A DNA stretch of 64,000 bases. Source: Gammaproteobacteria bacterium (GTDB lineage Bacteria > Pseudomonadota > Gammaproteobacteria > Ga0077536). Below are positions 44,698 to 55,972 of the stretch, one piece after another. The stretch spans positions 2,496,001 to 2,560,000 of the forward strand of contig CAXXLL010000003.1 of assembly GCA_963662545.2 (NCBI GenBank), given 5' to 3'. The notes under the pieces were generated by a model that was not told the origin of the DNA, did not search any database, and was given only the letters and a program-made list of their open reading frames with translations. The translations under genes and the position numbers were made by a program. Position 1 is the stretch's first letter. Each line of letters begins with the position of its first letter.

Positions 44698-45991
44698 ATG
44701 GCGAAAAAACGTTCCAGCTTCATCCGTGAGGAATACGCAATACTCGGCGGTCTGTCGAAAGTTCTCAAGACCAAACAAAGCAACGTGTATCAGCTGAGGA
44801 TGAGGGTTTCCAACGAAAAAAAATACCTCCGAGAAACGCTGAAGACCCGCGATCTGGATACCGCTTTAGAACGCACCGAAAAAAGAACACTAGAAATCTA
44901 CGCAAACATCAAAGCCGGCAAGAAGATCTTCGGTGTCCATCTGGGAGAACTGGTTGGCGAGTATCTCGAATATCGACAAGAGGACGTAGCGGTCGGAAAC
45001 ATCACGTCAGGACGGCTGGTCACGGTGTCTTCCCAACTAAAACATCTTCTCAAGTTTAAGGGCGACCATCTGCGTATCGGCGAGTTAGAGAAAAACTCTT
45101 GCTTTGACTATGCGAATTGGCGGCGAGGGTTAACGCCGTCTGTAAAAGACGTAACCATCCGAAACGAGACCGCAACGATCAACGCGTTAATGAGGTTCGC
45201 TTACCGCAAAGGGTATTCGCATTTCGAAACGTTTGAGTTCCGAAAACTTCGTATTCGAACGGAAGAGACAGATCGTCGAGACACGCTCACGCTAGACGAG
45301 TACGACAACCTCGTTCGGTATCTAAGAACTTGGTGTTCGAAGAAGGCAACGGGAAAGGACAAGGTAGAACGTCTAAAACGGCTTTTGGTCCGAGACTGCA
45401 TTTTGATTGCGACCGACACGATGTTGCGCGTCGGTGAACTGTGGCAGCTACGCTGGGCAGACGTGCTCGGGTACGAATCGATCGGCAACGAGCAGAATCG
45501 TGTCGACCTCGTAAAGATAAAGGTTCGTGCAGAAACGGCTAAGAATAGGAAGTCCCGGACCGTTTTGAGTCGAGGCGGCAAGCACCTGAAACGACTATTT
45601 CAGAGAACACAGTTCCGTGACGACGACCATTATATTTTCGCGATAGCTAACGGACGTAAACGGGCTCCTAAAGAGATCTGGTACAACGCATGGAAAGAAC
45701 TAATGTCAGGAATCGGTATCGATTACAAATCACGAAACCTGACGTGGTATTCGCTACGGCACTTCGGCATAACCTGTAGGCTCCGCGCGGGCGCTAGGGT
45801 ATTCGCTACGGCACTTCGGCATAACCTGTAGGCTCCGCGCGGGCGCTAGCGTTTTCGACGTCTCAAAACTCGCGGGGACTTCCGTGAGTTTCATCGATAC
45901 GCACTACGGTCATTTCGACGACGCCATGGCAAGAGAGGTCGCATTAAAGAACTTTCGATACGGGAAAGACGGAATCGCGATCAAAGATTGA
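44698..45991 (+). CDS. Tyrosine recombinase/integrase, frameshifted by 52-bp tandem duplication
   Basis: R(VGEL), K(NRK), YSLRH; without the 45798-45849 duplicate it continues LAGTS..HYGH to TGA at 45991. Confidence 0.88.
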
Positions 45992-46210
45992 GCGCTTCTA
46001 TTGCAAATACTTGCCGTTGGGCAACAAGGTTATCGTGATCTGTAAAGACTTGGACTCGTTCTTACAGATCGGCATCCCGGATTCAACGTTACCTGACAAG
46101 TGTCGTTGCATAAACACGGTACTGTGCACTCGGACTTAACGAGTTTTAAGGTCCGCTATGCCGCCGTAAGCAGCCACGTCATGCTGCACTGCAGGAGTCC
46201 GCTATCGACC

Positions 46211-46370
46211 CAGACTGTGTGAAAACTCAATAATACGACGTCGAAAGTAAAAAATTCCCCACCAGCATAGTAGTTAAGCACCATGAAAAGGGATCAGCAC
46301 ATCGCATTAATACACTTCCGAGTGTCGGTTCCCCACTTTTGAAAAACGCAAATAGTTTTCACACAGTCTG
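46211..46370. mobile_element. MITE (IS1182/IS5-like ends) in repeat core
   Basis: CAGACTGTGTGAAAACT...AGTTTTCACACAGTCTG flanked by GACC direct repeats. Confidence 0.8.
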
Positions 46371-46444
46371 GACCCTGAGCAGACATCACCCGTAGTTAGG
46401 CCGAGGAGGGAGAGCGGCAGTCAAGAGGTCGTGTTGAGCGCTTG

Positions 46445-46942
46445 TCAGACATCGCCATCGTCGTTTAGCTCCCTATCTACAGCTACAACGAATTCAGGTG
46501 AAATACCGGAGACGACCGGGCTTGCTTTTTGCCACTCCTGAATAGCCAAGGGATTCTCTTTGAGAACGCCAACCAAATGTATGACGCTTATTGATTCTTC
46601 GTATCCAGCCGTTCCGTGCACTACGCTTCTGTATGATGTTGCCGCTGCAAGGAATAAATCCTGAAAGCAGATAGAAAACAGAATCTGTTCATCTTCGGAC
46701 AGTTCTTCATCGTGTCGCGCGCGGACCATGATCTTTGCCAGTTCGGGAGTACCCAGTACGGCGCGGCGCCAGTCCGAATACATTCCTACCGCAGTGGCTG
46801 TTCCTTGTTGGAACGCATGTTCAGATGTTTCTTCTACGGCTTTTCGCGTCAATCGCGTCTGAATGGATAAGTAAATTAGAGTAATGATGATCGCTATTGC
46901 GCCAACAACCTCCGCAATAGTTCCTAACGCATCCCAGTTCAT
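46445..46942 (-). CDS. 'MNW' family single-TM protein 1
   Basis: MNWDALGTIAEVVGAIAIIITLIYLSIQTR. Confidence 0.85.
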   Translation of the reverse strand: MNWDALGTIAEVVGAIAIIITLIYLSIQTRLTRKAVEETSEHAFQQGTATAVGMYSDWRRAVLGTPELAKIMVRARHDEELSEDEQILFSICFQDLFLAAATSYRSVVHGTAGYEESISVIHLVGVLKENPLAIQEWQKASPVVSGISPEFVVAVDRELNDDGDV

Positions 46943-46957
46943 CTGTTCTCTCGTGAT

Positions 46958-47051
46958 GCCTAACGCTAAGTTAACCTGCGCTTGACGGCGGGCGACCGGA
47001 GCGGAAGCGAAGGAAGGGGGCGGTCACGTCAGGTTGCTCCGTTTGTTAGGC
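46958..47051 (-). repeat. attC-like site
   Basis: GCCTAAC..AACCTG.CG..TGAC.GC / GC.GTCACG.CAGGTT..GTTAGGC; complementary R boxes, long imperfect palindrome between two genes. Confidence 0.8.
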
Positions 47052-47082
47052 GGATGTTGCACTTCAAATGTGAATCTAAGCG

Positions 47083-47553
47083 TCAACGTATTTGGTAATC
47101 TGCGACTTCTAAGCCGTTAACAAACTGCTGAAACTTGGTGTCAAAATTTTTGCTTCTCAACGACCACGCTCGCTGGAGTCCTGGATGACTATAGATGGTC
47201 GAGTAATACTTAACCATTGCATCCCAACTACGAGCGTCAAGCGTTCATTCGTCGTGTTGTATATATGCTTCCTCCCAGGCCCGAAATACGCCTCCGGCAA
47301 GGATTAAGAACCGTGTTGTCTCCGCGTCGGTTAGGTCGTCGTAGCTATCAACCGAACGAGCCCATATTTCTGACATATCCTCGGTCGCGAATTTCGCAGT
47401 CACTTCGCGGAAGCCCACGGAGATGTCGTGCATTGCCGCGAGACGCGATTCCTTGTTCTGATTTCGTATCTGAGTAGCGAGATAGATAAGCGATACGATT
47501 ACTCCTCCGGCACCGAGTATTTCCGCAATTGCTCCTACAGCATCCCAATTCAT
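47083..47553 (-). pseudogene. 'MNW' family protein 2 with one in-frame TGA (47245-47247)
   Basis: MNWDAVGAIAEILGA..; continues in frame after stop TLDARSW..HPG..W..FDTKFQQFV. Confidence 0.8.
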
Positions 47554-47609
47554 AACTCAAATCCCCCGTTCTCGCCTTTTTTGCAGGATATCTGAGAAAA
47601 CTGGAACCG

Positions 47610-47760
47610 TGAATGACTGGAACTGGCCGACTGCCGTCGTCATCAGTTAACACGTCAGTGAACGCAACACCACGACCGCTTCCGAGCGCATTGCAGACGT
47701 AACCGAGAGCAGTGCTGCACTGCCGCGATCAGGCCGGAAACGACCCACAGCAGCCATCAG
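47610..47760 (-). repeat. Multipartite intergenic repeat (other copies ~46150, 48620, 50780, 52515 on minus; 55769, 56591, 59677, 59952, 61839 on plus)
   Basis: Consensus GGTCGTCAGCGGCC.AATCGCGGCAGTGCAGCA..GTCTGCAAT..CTCG.AAGCGGTCG. Confidence 0.85.
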
Positions 47761-47821
47761 CGCCAGCGAAGGAGGGGCGCTGTCAAGCGGGTTGGCTGCA
47801 GCGCCTTGGTATGCGGAACTT

Positions 47822-48300
47822 TCATCGATTTAATCCGAACATTAAAAAGACGAAGCTAAGGAATGCAATAGAAACCATCAAAATGAGGATGCATTGGAAT
47901 ACGAACGCTGAGTACGGCTCCATATAACCAAGCACAATCGCGCCTTCCACGACGACTGCCGTCATTCCGAGCAGGGCGAAAAGTCGCATGATCGAACGTT
48001 GGGGCTCGGGCAGCAGTTCAAGAAATAAACCGGAACGCAGCATAAACGGTATTGACACAACCCAAGCTATAACATGAGCAACAATTAGTACGCGGAATGA
48101 CCACTTCCACATATCGCCTTCATTCTCGGTAATAAGGGCGACAGTTCCCGGGATGAAGGAAGCGAACACTGCAAAAGCAGTAACGACTAAGAGCGTTGCT
48201 GCAAGCGCGACCTCCGGTCCGGTCAAGCTTTTGCCGCCGCGTAATTGTATAACCCCGATTATCCCGGTAAATCCCATAAGCGTTATCGCGATCTGCAAAC
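47822..48300 (-). CDS. Multi-TM membrane protein (paralog of 58170), 5' end disrupted
   Basis: QIAITLMGFTGIIG.IQ.RGG, FASFIP, W.WS.RVL. Confidence 0.75.
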
Positions 48301-48726
48301 GAGAACTCCTCGTCAGACGCAACGCGGCGCGGTTACGACGGCCGCGCTCGCGGTCCAATGCGATCGGTTAGTTAATGGAACATTCCTTAAGCCGGCAGTG
48401 AAGCCGTGGATCAGGGAGTTTTCGAGGCCACAGAGGGTCTCATGCCGTCATCGCTAAAGTCTGAAAGTCTGCTGCAATCGCGGGGTCCATCGCTTCCGCC
48501 TAACAATAAATGGTCATCAAATTGACGCGATTAATTGTGCCATTGTGACGCATAATTATCGGTGCAAACATAACTGTGGTTGCGGTAACCGGGGATGGCT
48601 TTTTTTGCCGAGAGCCGAAGCGCTCGGCTAACGTTCCGATGAACGCAACTCCGTGACTGCTTACGGGGGTACTGCAGACGTAATCTAGGGCGGTGCTGCA
48701 CTGCCGCGATTAGGCCGCTGACGACC

Positions 48727-49591
48727 CAGAGTGTGTGAAAACTCGGAATGGGGAATCACGTCGAGAACTCCTCGTCAGACGCAACGCGGCGCGGTTACGA
48801 TCCAATGCGATCGGGTTAATGGAACATAGAACGGCCCCAGAAGCCGGCAGTGAAGCCGTGGATCAGGGAGTTTTCGAGGCCACAGAGGGTCTCATGCCGT
48901 CATCGCGATGAGCGTAGCGAGTAGATTCATCACGCGTTTCATGTTGTGCACGTGCAGACTCATTTCCGTACCAACGTGTTTCAGCGTGCGCATCTGGAAC
49001 GAACCCATCACGATAGAGTCTCTCCATTCCGTCTGCGGCTATTGTCCGTTTTCGGGCAGCGGGGACACGCCGAACATGGTGCTTGCCTTTCTCCAGCGAG
49101 GCCAGCAAAGATTGAAGTCGCCTAGTAAAGAGGTTATAGCGCACGCCAGCTAATTAGTCAACTCCTTCTTATCCAGGTTGCGTTCGACAGTTGCGCCCGG
49201 TCGACCTACGGACATGTGATCAATTTTTTCGGATGCCGCTGCCATTCACCCCCGTATCCACGCTGGCAAACATTTTCTTCGAAGTTGCTCTGTGCAATTT
49301 GCTTGGGAAACCCGTAATCATTGTTAAACGGTTGCTAGAGGTTGCGGCGTTCCCCGCTGCCCGATCAAATCTAAATGCACAACGGTTCGATACCGGCGCG
49401 CGGGTTCGGTGAGGCGCGATTGGGACGTGAATTTTTAAATCGGAAAATGCGAGTTCTCCGTCAGACTTCCACGTTCGCGCCTCCCGTTCCGCGAGATTGA
49501 ACCCGGTTCAGGTGGGTTATGTACGTTGGATCAACGACTCCCCAGGACCGAAAGAGTGATCTTATCTGATGCAGAGTTTTCACACACTCTG
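48727..49591. mobile_element. TIR-bounded element (IS1182-like ends) in repeat core; interior scrambled
   Basis: CAGAGTGTGTGAAAACTC...GAGTTTTCACACACTCTG flanked by GACC direct repeats. Confidence 0.7.
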
Positions 49592-49739
49592 GACCCATAG
49601 CGAACGTCCGATAGAGTCCATTCCGTCGCGGCTATTGTCCGTTTTCACATGGTGGAGCGAGGCCAGAAAGATTTCCTAGTAAAGGCTAATTAAGGTTGCG
49701 GGTTCGGGACGACAATTTTTTCGGAATTCACCCCCGTAT

Positions 49740-50173
49740 CCACGCTGGCAAACATTTTCTTCGAAGTTGCTCTGTGCAATTTGCTTGGGAAACCCGTAAT
49801 CATTGTTAAATCGGAAAATGCGAGTTCTCCGTCAGACTTCGTTCGCACGGAGTGGGTTATGTACGGATCCGGGAAGCAAAAGCAGCTTCGAAAGGATTAT
49901 TCAGACTCTCTTTCTTCCATTGTGAGCCTAGCGAAGTATTACGAAACTCTTGGTGATATTGCAGCGGAAGCCGAGGATGTGGATCTTGAGCTAGCATTCG
50001 AACGATACCGCCAATCTTTTCTAATTGACGGGCGTAAACGCGTAAAAAGCAAAATAGATCACATCGCAAAGCGAGCGGGCAACCCTGAAGATACAGCTGC
50101 GAACCTTAGACCCGCACGAACACGATTCCGGACCTCAACAATCGAGTTCACGAAGTTTCTCCAGAACACCTAA
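49740..50173 (+). pseudogene. C-terminal part of nucleoside-deoxyribosyltransferase/TIR-like protein
   Basis: NIFFEVALCNLLGKPVIIVK...PSDF motif; 5' end missing. Confidence 0.5.
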
Positions 50174-50222
50174 CGCCAGGGTGGTCCATTTGTTAGGCGG
50201 CTGTTACATTTCACTTGGAAAT

Positions 50223-50678
50223 CTAAGCATCATTTAGCAGGTTTTCGATATAGGCTCTCATCGTACTCGACACATCTTCTCGAGCGCTCGTTCCCCACCA
50301 TTCTTGAACTCCTTTTGTGCCAAACAAAAACCGGAGGTTTTTGTCGCAGCCCGCTAAGATAGCCGGTGTTGTAGCCTCCGGCGCACCGACAAGCAGTTCA
50401 TAAACCATCATGCGATCTAACATCCAGTATGAGAAAGAAATTTTCTCTTCTTCTGTAAGCTGTTCGAAGCTTTCCTGACCTCTTTTGAGAACGCCAGCCA
50501 TATACTCACTTAATGGTCCTACGTTGGATTGCGACATTCGGTCACTCAGTGCAGCAAAAGTCTGTGCCTTGACCGCGCTAGTATTCTGGCGAATTTGTAG
50601 GGCCAAGAATATTAGCGATGCAACAACGGCGAGTGCGCCAATTAGATCGGCCCAATCTGCTATGGTGCCAAAATCCAT
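50223..50678 (-). CDS. 'MNW' family protein 3
   Basis: MDFGTIADWADLIGALAVVASLIFLALQIRQNT..G.ESFEQL..GVQEWW. Confidence 0.85.
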   Translation of the reverse strand: MDFGTIADWADLIGALAVVASLIFLALQIRQNTSAVKAQTFAALSDRMSQSNVGPLSEYMAGVLKRGQESFEQLTEEEKISFSYWMLDRMMVYELLVGAPEATTPAILAGCDKNLRFLFGTKGVQEWWGTSAREDVSSTMRAYIENLLNDA

Positions 50679-51060
50679 TGAATAGTCTCCTTAATGCCTA
50701 AAAAAGCGTAGCGAACGCACCGCATTAATAATAGAGGTGCTCTAGCGACCGCCTCAGGGGTGGCTACCAAGCCTGCGGGATGTCCGCACCTGGCCGACTG
50801 CTGCCGTACCCTCTCGACTCGATGCCTGAAGCTACTCGACGACCGCTATTGAGGGTACTGCAGACGTAATCTAGAACCGTGCTGCACTGCCGCGATTAGG
50901 CCGCTGACGGGGAACAGTCAGCGGCAGGCTGTCTCAAATGGCGTGAGCTGTTATCCGCGTAACTACCGGCAGGTTTATTTCCAGCTCGAAACACGAGATC
51001 ATCTTCGCCTAGCCGCTCCCAGTCGCGGCCGTCAATAAAACAACACGAGAGAACTGCACC

Positions 51061-51855
51061 ATGCCCCACATCAATCGCGACGGCGTCAAAGTCTATTACG
51101 AGAGTTTCGGCCAGGGTCTGCCCATCGTCTTCCTGCACCCGTGGAGTACCAACCGGTATATCTGGACGAATCAGTTGCTCGAGTTCGCGCGCAACCACCA
51201 ATGCATAGTGGTCGATCACCGCGGCCACGGCCTGTCCGACAAACCGGCCGAAGGTTACGGCATCGGCGAGATGGCAGCGGACGTGGTCGCCATTCTCGAT
51301 GACGCCGGGATCGACCGTGCGGTACTGGTGGGCAATTCGATCGGCGGCATGGTCGCCATGCAGACGAGCCTCGATACACCGGAACGCGTTATCGGCAATC
51401 TCATTGTAAGCAGCGCTACTAATTTCGGGGCGGATGCGCCGCCGGAAATGGCGGAAGCGATGCAGAAAGACTGGCGCGGTATGTTCAGCGGCCTACTCAA
51501 ATCCGCCGTCTCCGCTAAATCCAAGGCCGAACGACCGGAGATCCTCACGTATATGGAAGGCTGCTTCCGCGTCGACGACAATTTCACTGAAGGCGTGTTC
51601 TGGGCCAGCGTGGCCGATCCGGAGGGCGTGTTCAACTGGAACATCTCCGACCGGCTCAAGGACATCAAGCAGCCCACCCTGATCATCGCCGGCGAGGAAG
51701 ACGGCGCGACCACCCCGGCCCATAATCAATTCCTGGCCGACAACATTCCCGGCGCGGAAATCAAGATGTACAAGGACGTCGCGCACTTTTGCCAGTTGGA
51801 AAAGCCGACTGTCTTCAACGAAGACTTGCGAAACTTCATCGCCAAGGTCGCCTGA
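51061..51855 (+). CDS. Alpha/beta fold hydrolase
   Basis: DHRGHGLS, GNSIGG, GEED, AHFCQLEKP. Confidence 0.9.
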   Translation: MPHINRDGVKVYYESFGQGLPIVFLHPWSTNRYIWTNQLLEFARNHQCIVVDHRGHGLSDKPAEGYGIGEMAADVVAILDDAGIDRAVLVGNSIGGMVAMQTSLDTPERVIGNLIVSSATNFGADAPPEMAEAMQKDWRGMFSGLLKSAVSAKSKAERPEILTYMEGCFRVDDNFTEGVFWASVADPEGVFNWNISDRLKDIKQPTLIIAGEEDGATTPAHNQFLADNIPGAEIKMYKDVAHFCQLEKPTVFNEDLRNFIAKVA

Positions 51856-52084
51856 ATCCACCCTGTCTTAACCCGCGACTTCAGCCCGGACTTACCGGCG
51901 CCGAGGTCGCAAGCGGATCAGGTGGGCGGACACCGAGACTGATTAAGATCGAACGGTGCCGCATTTGATTAGAACCTATCCTCCCTGAATTTCAGTTCCG
52001 GATTGCGGAGCCTATTCCGACACGTCCGCGTGCGAACAGCAGCTATACCGTTTCAATCAACGAAACGTGCTGTCATTCCTGACA

Positions 52085-52500
52085 CCGAGGTGCCGGTCCG
52101 TCAATGGGTCGTGACCTTCCCGCATGCCTTGCGGTTTCTCTTCGCCAGCCGCCCAGGGGTCATGGGCCGGGTGTTGGCGATCGTCTACCGCACGCTGGCG
52201 ACACATCAGCGACGCAAGATGGGATATACGCACCGCCAGCACCGGCGCGGTCACCCTCATCCAACGCTTCGGCAGCGCGCTCAACGTCAATATCCACTTT
52301 CACATCCTGATGCTGGATGGTGTGTATGTCGCCACCGACAACCGACTCAGCATCAAGCGCGTGAAGGCACCCGACAAGGCCGAGCTCGAAGCCCTCGTGC
52401 GTACCATCAGCGAGCGCGTGGGTCGCCACCTCGAACGCGAGGGTCTGCTGGTTCGCGATCTGGACACGAGCTACCTCGCGCTCGAACCCCACGATGACGC
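52085..52500 (+). pseudogene. IS91 transposase internal fragment
   Basis: [15 protein letters not shown]; [21 protein letters not shown]. Confidence 0.85.
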
Positions 52501-53045
52501 AAAAAAACCTGGGCATGGCCGCTCATGGCCGACAGCCGTGGTCCTCGGTTAACACGTCACCGAACACTGCCGCACGACCGCTTATGAGGTAACTCCAGAC
52601 ATAATCCTTACCAGTGCTGCATTGCCGCGATAAGGCCGCTGAGCAGGGGGACGCTGACGCGCAATACAACGTGGGCAACATGTACCACAAAGGCAAAAGA
52701 GTTATGAGGGTCTACCTTCGGAATTAGCAGGTAGCGGCACCGGTCAGTGCCACTGATGTCCGATGCTGGAATGTGAGAACTGACCCTTTTGGTGACCTTT
52801 TGGATGACCGTGCACGCCCACGAACGCATGGAGGCCATCATCGACGCTGGCATCGGTGAGATCTCGCTGGTAAGCATCATGCCGGGCCTGCCGCAGGATA
52901 AGATACTTGATTCTTTGCGGCTCTTCGCCGCCGAGGTGATGCCGCAGTATGCGGAACCGGCGGTGAGTAAACTTCAACAGACCGGTTAGTCGCGATGCCG
53001 GGAGCTGAAGCGTGCGCCATTCGCTCGCATTCTTAGGAGGTAGCC

Positions 53046-53822
53046 ATGGACTTTACCGATAAGCGCATTGTGATCACCGGCTCGTCACGTGGCATCGGCC
53101 GAGCGGCGGCCGAAGTACTACTGGCGGCCGGCGCGACGGTCACGGTCAACGGCCGAACTGAGGCGTCGACGCGTGACGGGATCGCGGCAATGGGCGGTGG
53201 TGACCGATTGATCGCGGCGCCGGGCGATGTGGCGACCGTGGCCGGCTGCGAGGCGATCATCGGCGTCGCAGCCGAGGCCATGGGCGGGATCGACGTCCTT
53301 GTAAACGCCGCCGGCATTGCTACGTTCATCACTCTCGAAGACAGTACGGAGGCGCTGTGGGATGCGACCGTGAATACCAACTTGAAAGGCACGTTCTTCT
53401 GCTGTCGAGCGGCGCTACCGCATTTGACCGCATCCAAGGGCAACATCGTCAACGTCGGATCGGACGCGGGATTGATCGGGGAGGCGGGGCTTGCGGCTTA
53501 CGGCGCATCCAAGGGCGGCGTTATACAACTCACCCGCGCACTCGCCCTGGAGCTGGCGCCCGACATTCGGGTCAACTGTGTGTGCCCGGGCAATGTCGAC
53601 ACCGACATGCTGCGCCGCGACTACATCGATCAGGCCGACGACCCGGCCGAGGCGGAAGCCGAAATCATCGCTTCTGCGCCCTTGCAACGCATCGCTGAGC
53701 CGCTAGAGATCGGTAAGGCGATTGCCTACTTTGCGAGCGACGACGCGGTGTTCGCAACGGGATCGATCCTGTCGATCGACGGTGGCACAACCGCGTGTAA
53801 CAACGCAACGGGGGACGAATAG
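53046..53822 (+). CDS. SDR-family NAD(P)-dependent oxidoreductase
   Basis: TGSSRGIG, NAAG, YGASK, VCPG.VDT; AGGAGG RBS; luciferase-like monooxygenase fragments on both sides (52800-52989, 53838-54030). Confidence 0.92.
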   Translation: MDFTDKRIVITGSSRGIGRAAAEVLLAAGATVTVNGRTEASTRDGIAAMGGGDRLIAAPGDVATVAGCEAIIGVAAEAMGGIDVLVNAAGIATFITLEDSTEALWDATVNTNLKGTFFCCRAALPHLTASKGNIVNVGSDAGLIGEAGLAAYGASKGGVIQLTRALALELAPDIRVNCVCPGNVDTDMLRRDYIDQADDPAEAEAEIIASAPLQRIAEPLEIGKAIAYFASDDAVFATGSILSIDGGTTACNNATGDE

Positions 53823-54268
53823 GTTCTAAACCGATCATGATCCCGTTTTAAGTGCTCGACCTCGCGCCGATTGTCGCGGGGAGCGATGCGGCGTAGGCCT
53901 TTCGCAACTCGGTCGGTCTCGCGCAGCGCGCCGAACGCTGGGGATATCAGCGCTACTGGTTCGCCCAGCACCACAATATGCCCGGTATCGCCAGTTCCGC
54001 CACGGCGGTGGTGATCGGCTATCGCCCGCGGATAGCCCGTGGATAAGGTCAGTTCTCACATTCCGACATCAGCGCCATCTGCGCAGTGTAGGAATGTGAG
54101 AACTGACCCTTTTGGTCTTCTTTTGGTCTTTCGCAGACCCAAAGCGGAAGTTCGGGGCTAAAGGTGGCGAATTTTTATACTCACGTCATTAGCTCAAATA
54201 AATCTGTCCCTGAAGGCTCCCCACGAATTGAAGGAGAATTCACATAAAAAATAGCCATTTAGAAAAAT

Positions 54269-55653
54269 GGGTCTACGCGGATTCATGTGGGTAAATTCTG
54301 AATTAGACCAAGTGTAAACCATTGAAATCATGTAGACATTCAGAGATTTCGTATGGGGTGAAAGTGGTTTCATTTTGTGGGTAGGCTAAGGCCATGAAGA
54401 ATCCCAAGTCGATCCGAGCGCTGTTTGCGTTCCCTGGTTTTACCGCCGCATCGAAATTGGTGGGCATGTTTGGTGATCGGTATGCCCGTGTGATCCAACT
54501 CAAGAGGCGAAAAAAACAGCGATCTGTTCTCACTGTGCTCACCGGTGCCGCGGGCGTTACGACAAGAAGGTGCTGCGAGTACGAGACCTGTCAGTTGCCG
54601 GATGGCGAATCTACCTGGAGTTCGAACGCTGGCGTGTCAGTTGCCGGAGGTGCGGCGGCGTGCAGGTAGAACATCTTGACTGGCTGGCAAAGAACCCTCG
54701 CTATACGCAGCGCTTTGCCATGCAGGTGGGCAAGCTGTGCCGGGACATGCCGAACCAGGCTGTCGCCGAGAGGGAACGCCTGCACCACAGCACGGTGAAA
54801 GACCTCGATAAGCTGTACATGCAAAAGCAGGTTGAGCTGGCGGGCATGCCAGCACCCCGGGCCATCGGTATTGATGAGATCTCCATCCGCAAAGGACATA
54901 ACTACCGGGTCATCGTCAGTGACCTGGATCGGGGGCGTCCTATCTGGGTCGGTGGTGAAGGTCGCAAAGAGGCTGACATCGACCTGTTTTTCCAGGCATT
55001 GGGCGAGAACAAGAGCGCTCGCATCGAACTGGCGGCGATGGACATGTGGAAGCCGTTCCGTAACTCGGTCATGAACAACGCACCGCAGGCGCGGATCATC
55101 TATGACAAGTTCCATATCATGCGCCACCTCTCAAAGGCTCTCGATGAAGTCCGGCGCCGTGAATACAAACGTCTCCGCGGCAAGGACAGGAGTTACATCA
55201 AAGGCCAGCGATATACCTTGCTCTCGCGACGCGAGAACCTGAATCTGGATGGCAGACGAGCCCTGAAAAAACTGCTCCAGGCCAACCGGCGTCTGAACAC
55301 CGCCTACGTCCTCAAGGAAACCTTCGGCCAACTCTGGGACTACCGTACCGAGCGCGGCGCGCGTGCCTTTTTCGAGCGCTGGAAGGACAGTCTGAAATGG
55401 CAGCGATTGGCGCCGTATCGCAAGTTTGCTGAGCTGATTGAATCCCATTGGGATGGCATTGCTTCCTATTGTGATGCTAAGAATAAAGTCAGTCTTGGAT
55501 TGGTCGAAGGGGTCAACAACAAAATCCGGGTCCTGCAACGACGCGCCTATGGCTATCGTGATGAGGAATTCCTCAAACTGAAAATCATTGCGGCATTTCT
55601 TCCGCCACTACCCAGAAATGCCAATATCAACCCACACGTTTCCGCGTAGACCC
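54269..55653 (+). mobile_element. ISL3-family element; transposase 54394-55649 split by a frameshift at an A7 run (~54510)
   Basis: IRs GGGTCTACGCGGA / TCCGCGTAGACCC; IGIDE, MDMWKPF, YDKFH, EGVNNKI..RRAYGYRD. Confidence 0.92.
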
Positions 55654-55972
55654 AAACAATTTTGGAAGCTACGCGAGCATGTTTTCTCGAAAGATTTCCG
55701 AGAATTTGTAGCCTCGGTGGAACCGGGCGAGTATCTATTAAAGTGATCCTTGTTTGAGCATTAGCAGGATGTCCGGAAAGGGTCGTCAGCGGCCTAATCG
55801 CCGCAGCGCAGCACTGATTAGCGTTTTGTCTCCTATGCGCTCGGAAGTGGTCGTCCGGTAGCGTTCAGCGTCACGAGCATAATGAGCGGCGGCGGTCGGC
55901 CGATAGCGGACACCCTAAGGTCAGCGCCATCCGATATTCTTATAGTCCAGGAACCAAATAGGGGATCGGGCC

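Noticed and set aside
44698-45991. Integrase as integron IntI
   Set aside because: No recognisable IntI-specific insertion, it points toward the array, and it sits beside a guaA-type att; better explained as the island integrase.
47245-47247. In-frame TGA in MNW paralog 2 as selenocysteine
   Set aside because: Paralogs have no Cys at this position and no SECIS-like hairpin is evident; likely a nonsense mutation or sequencing error.
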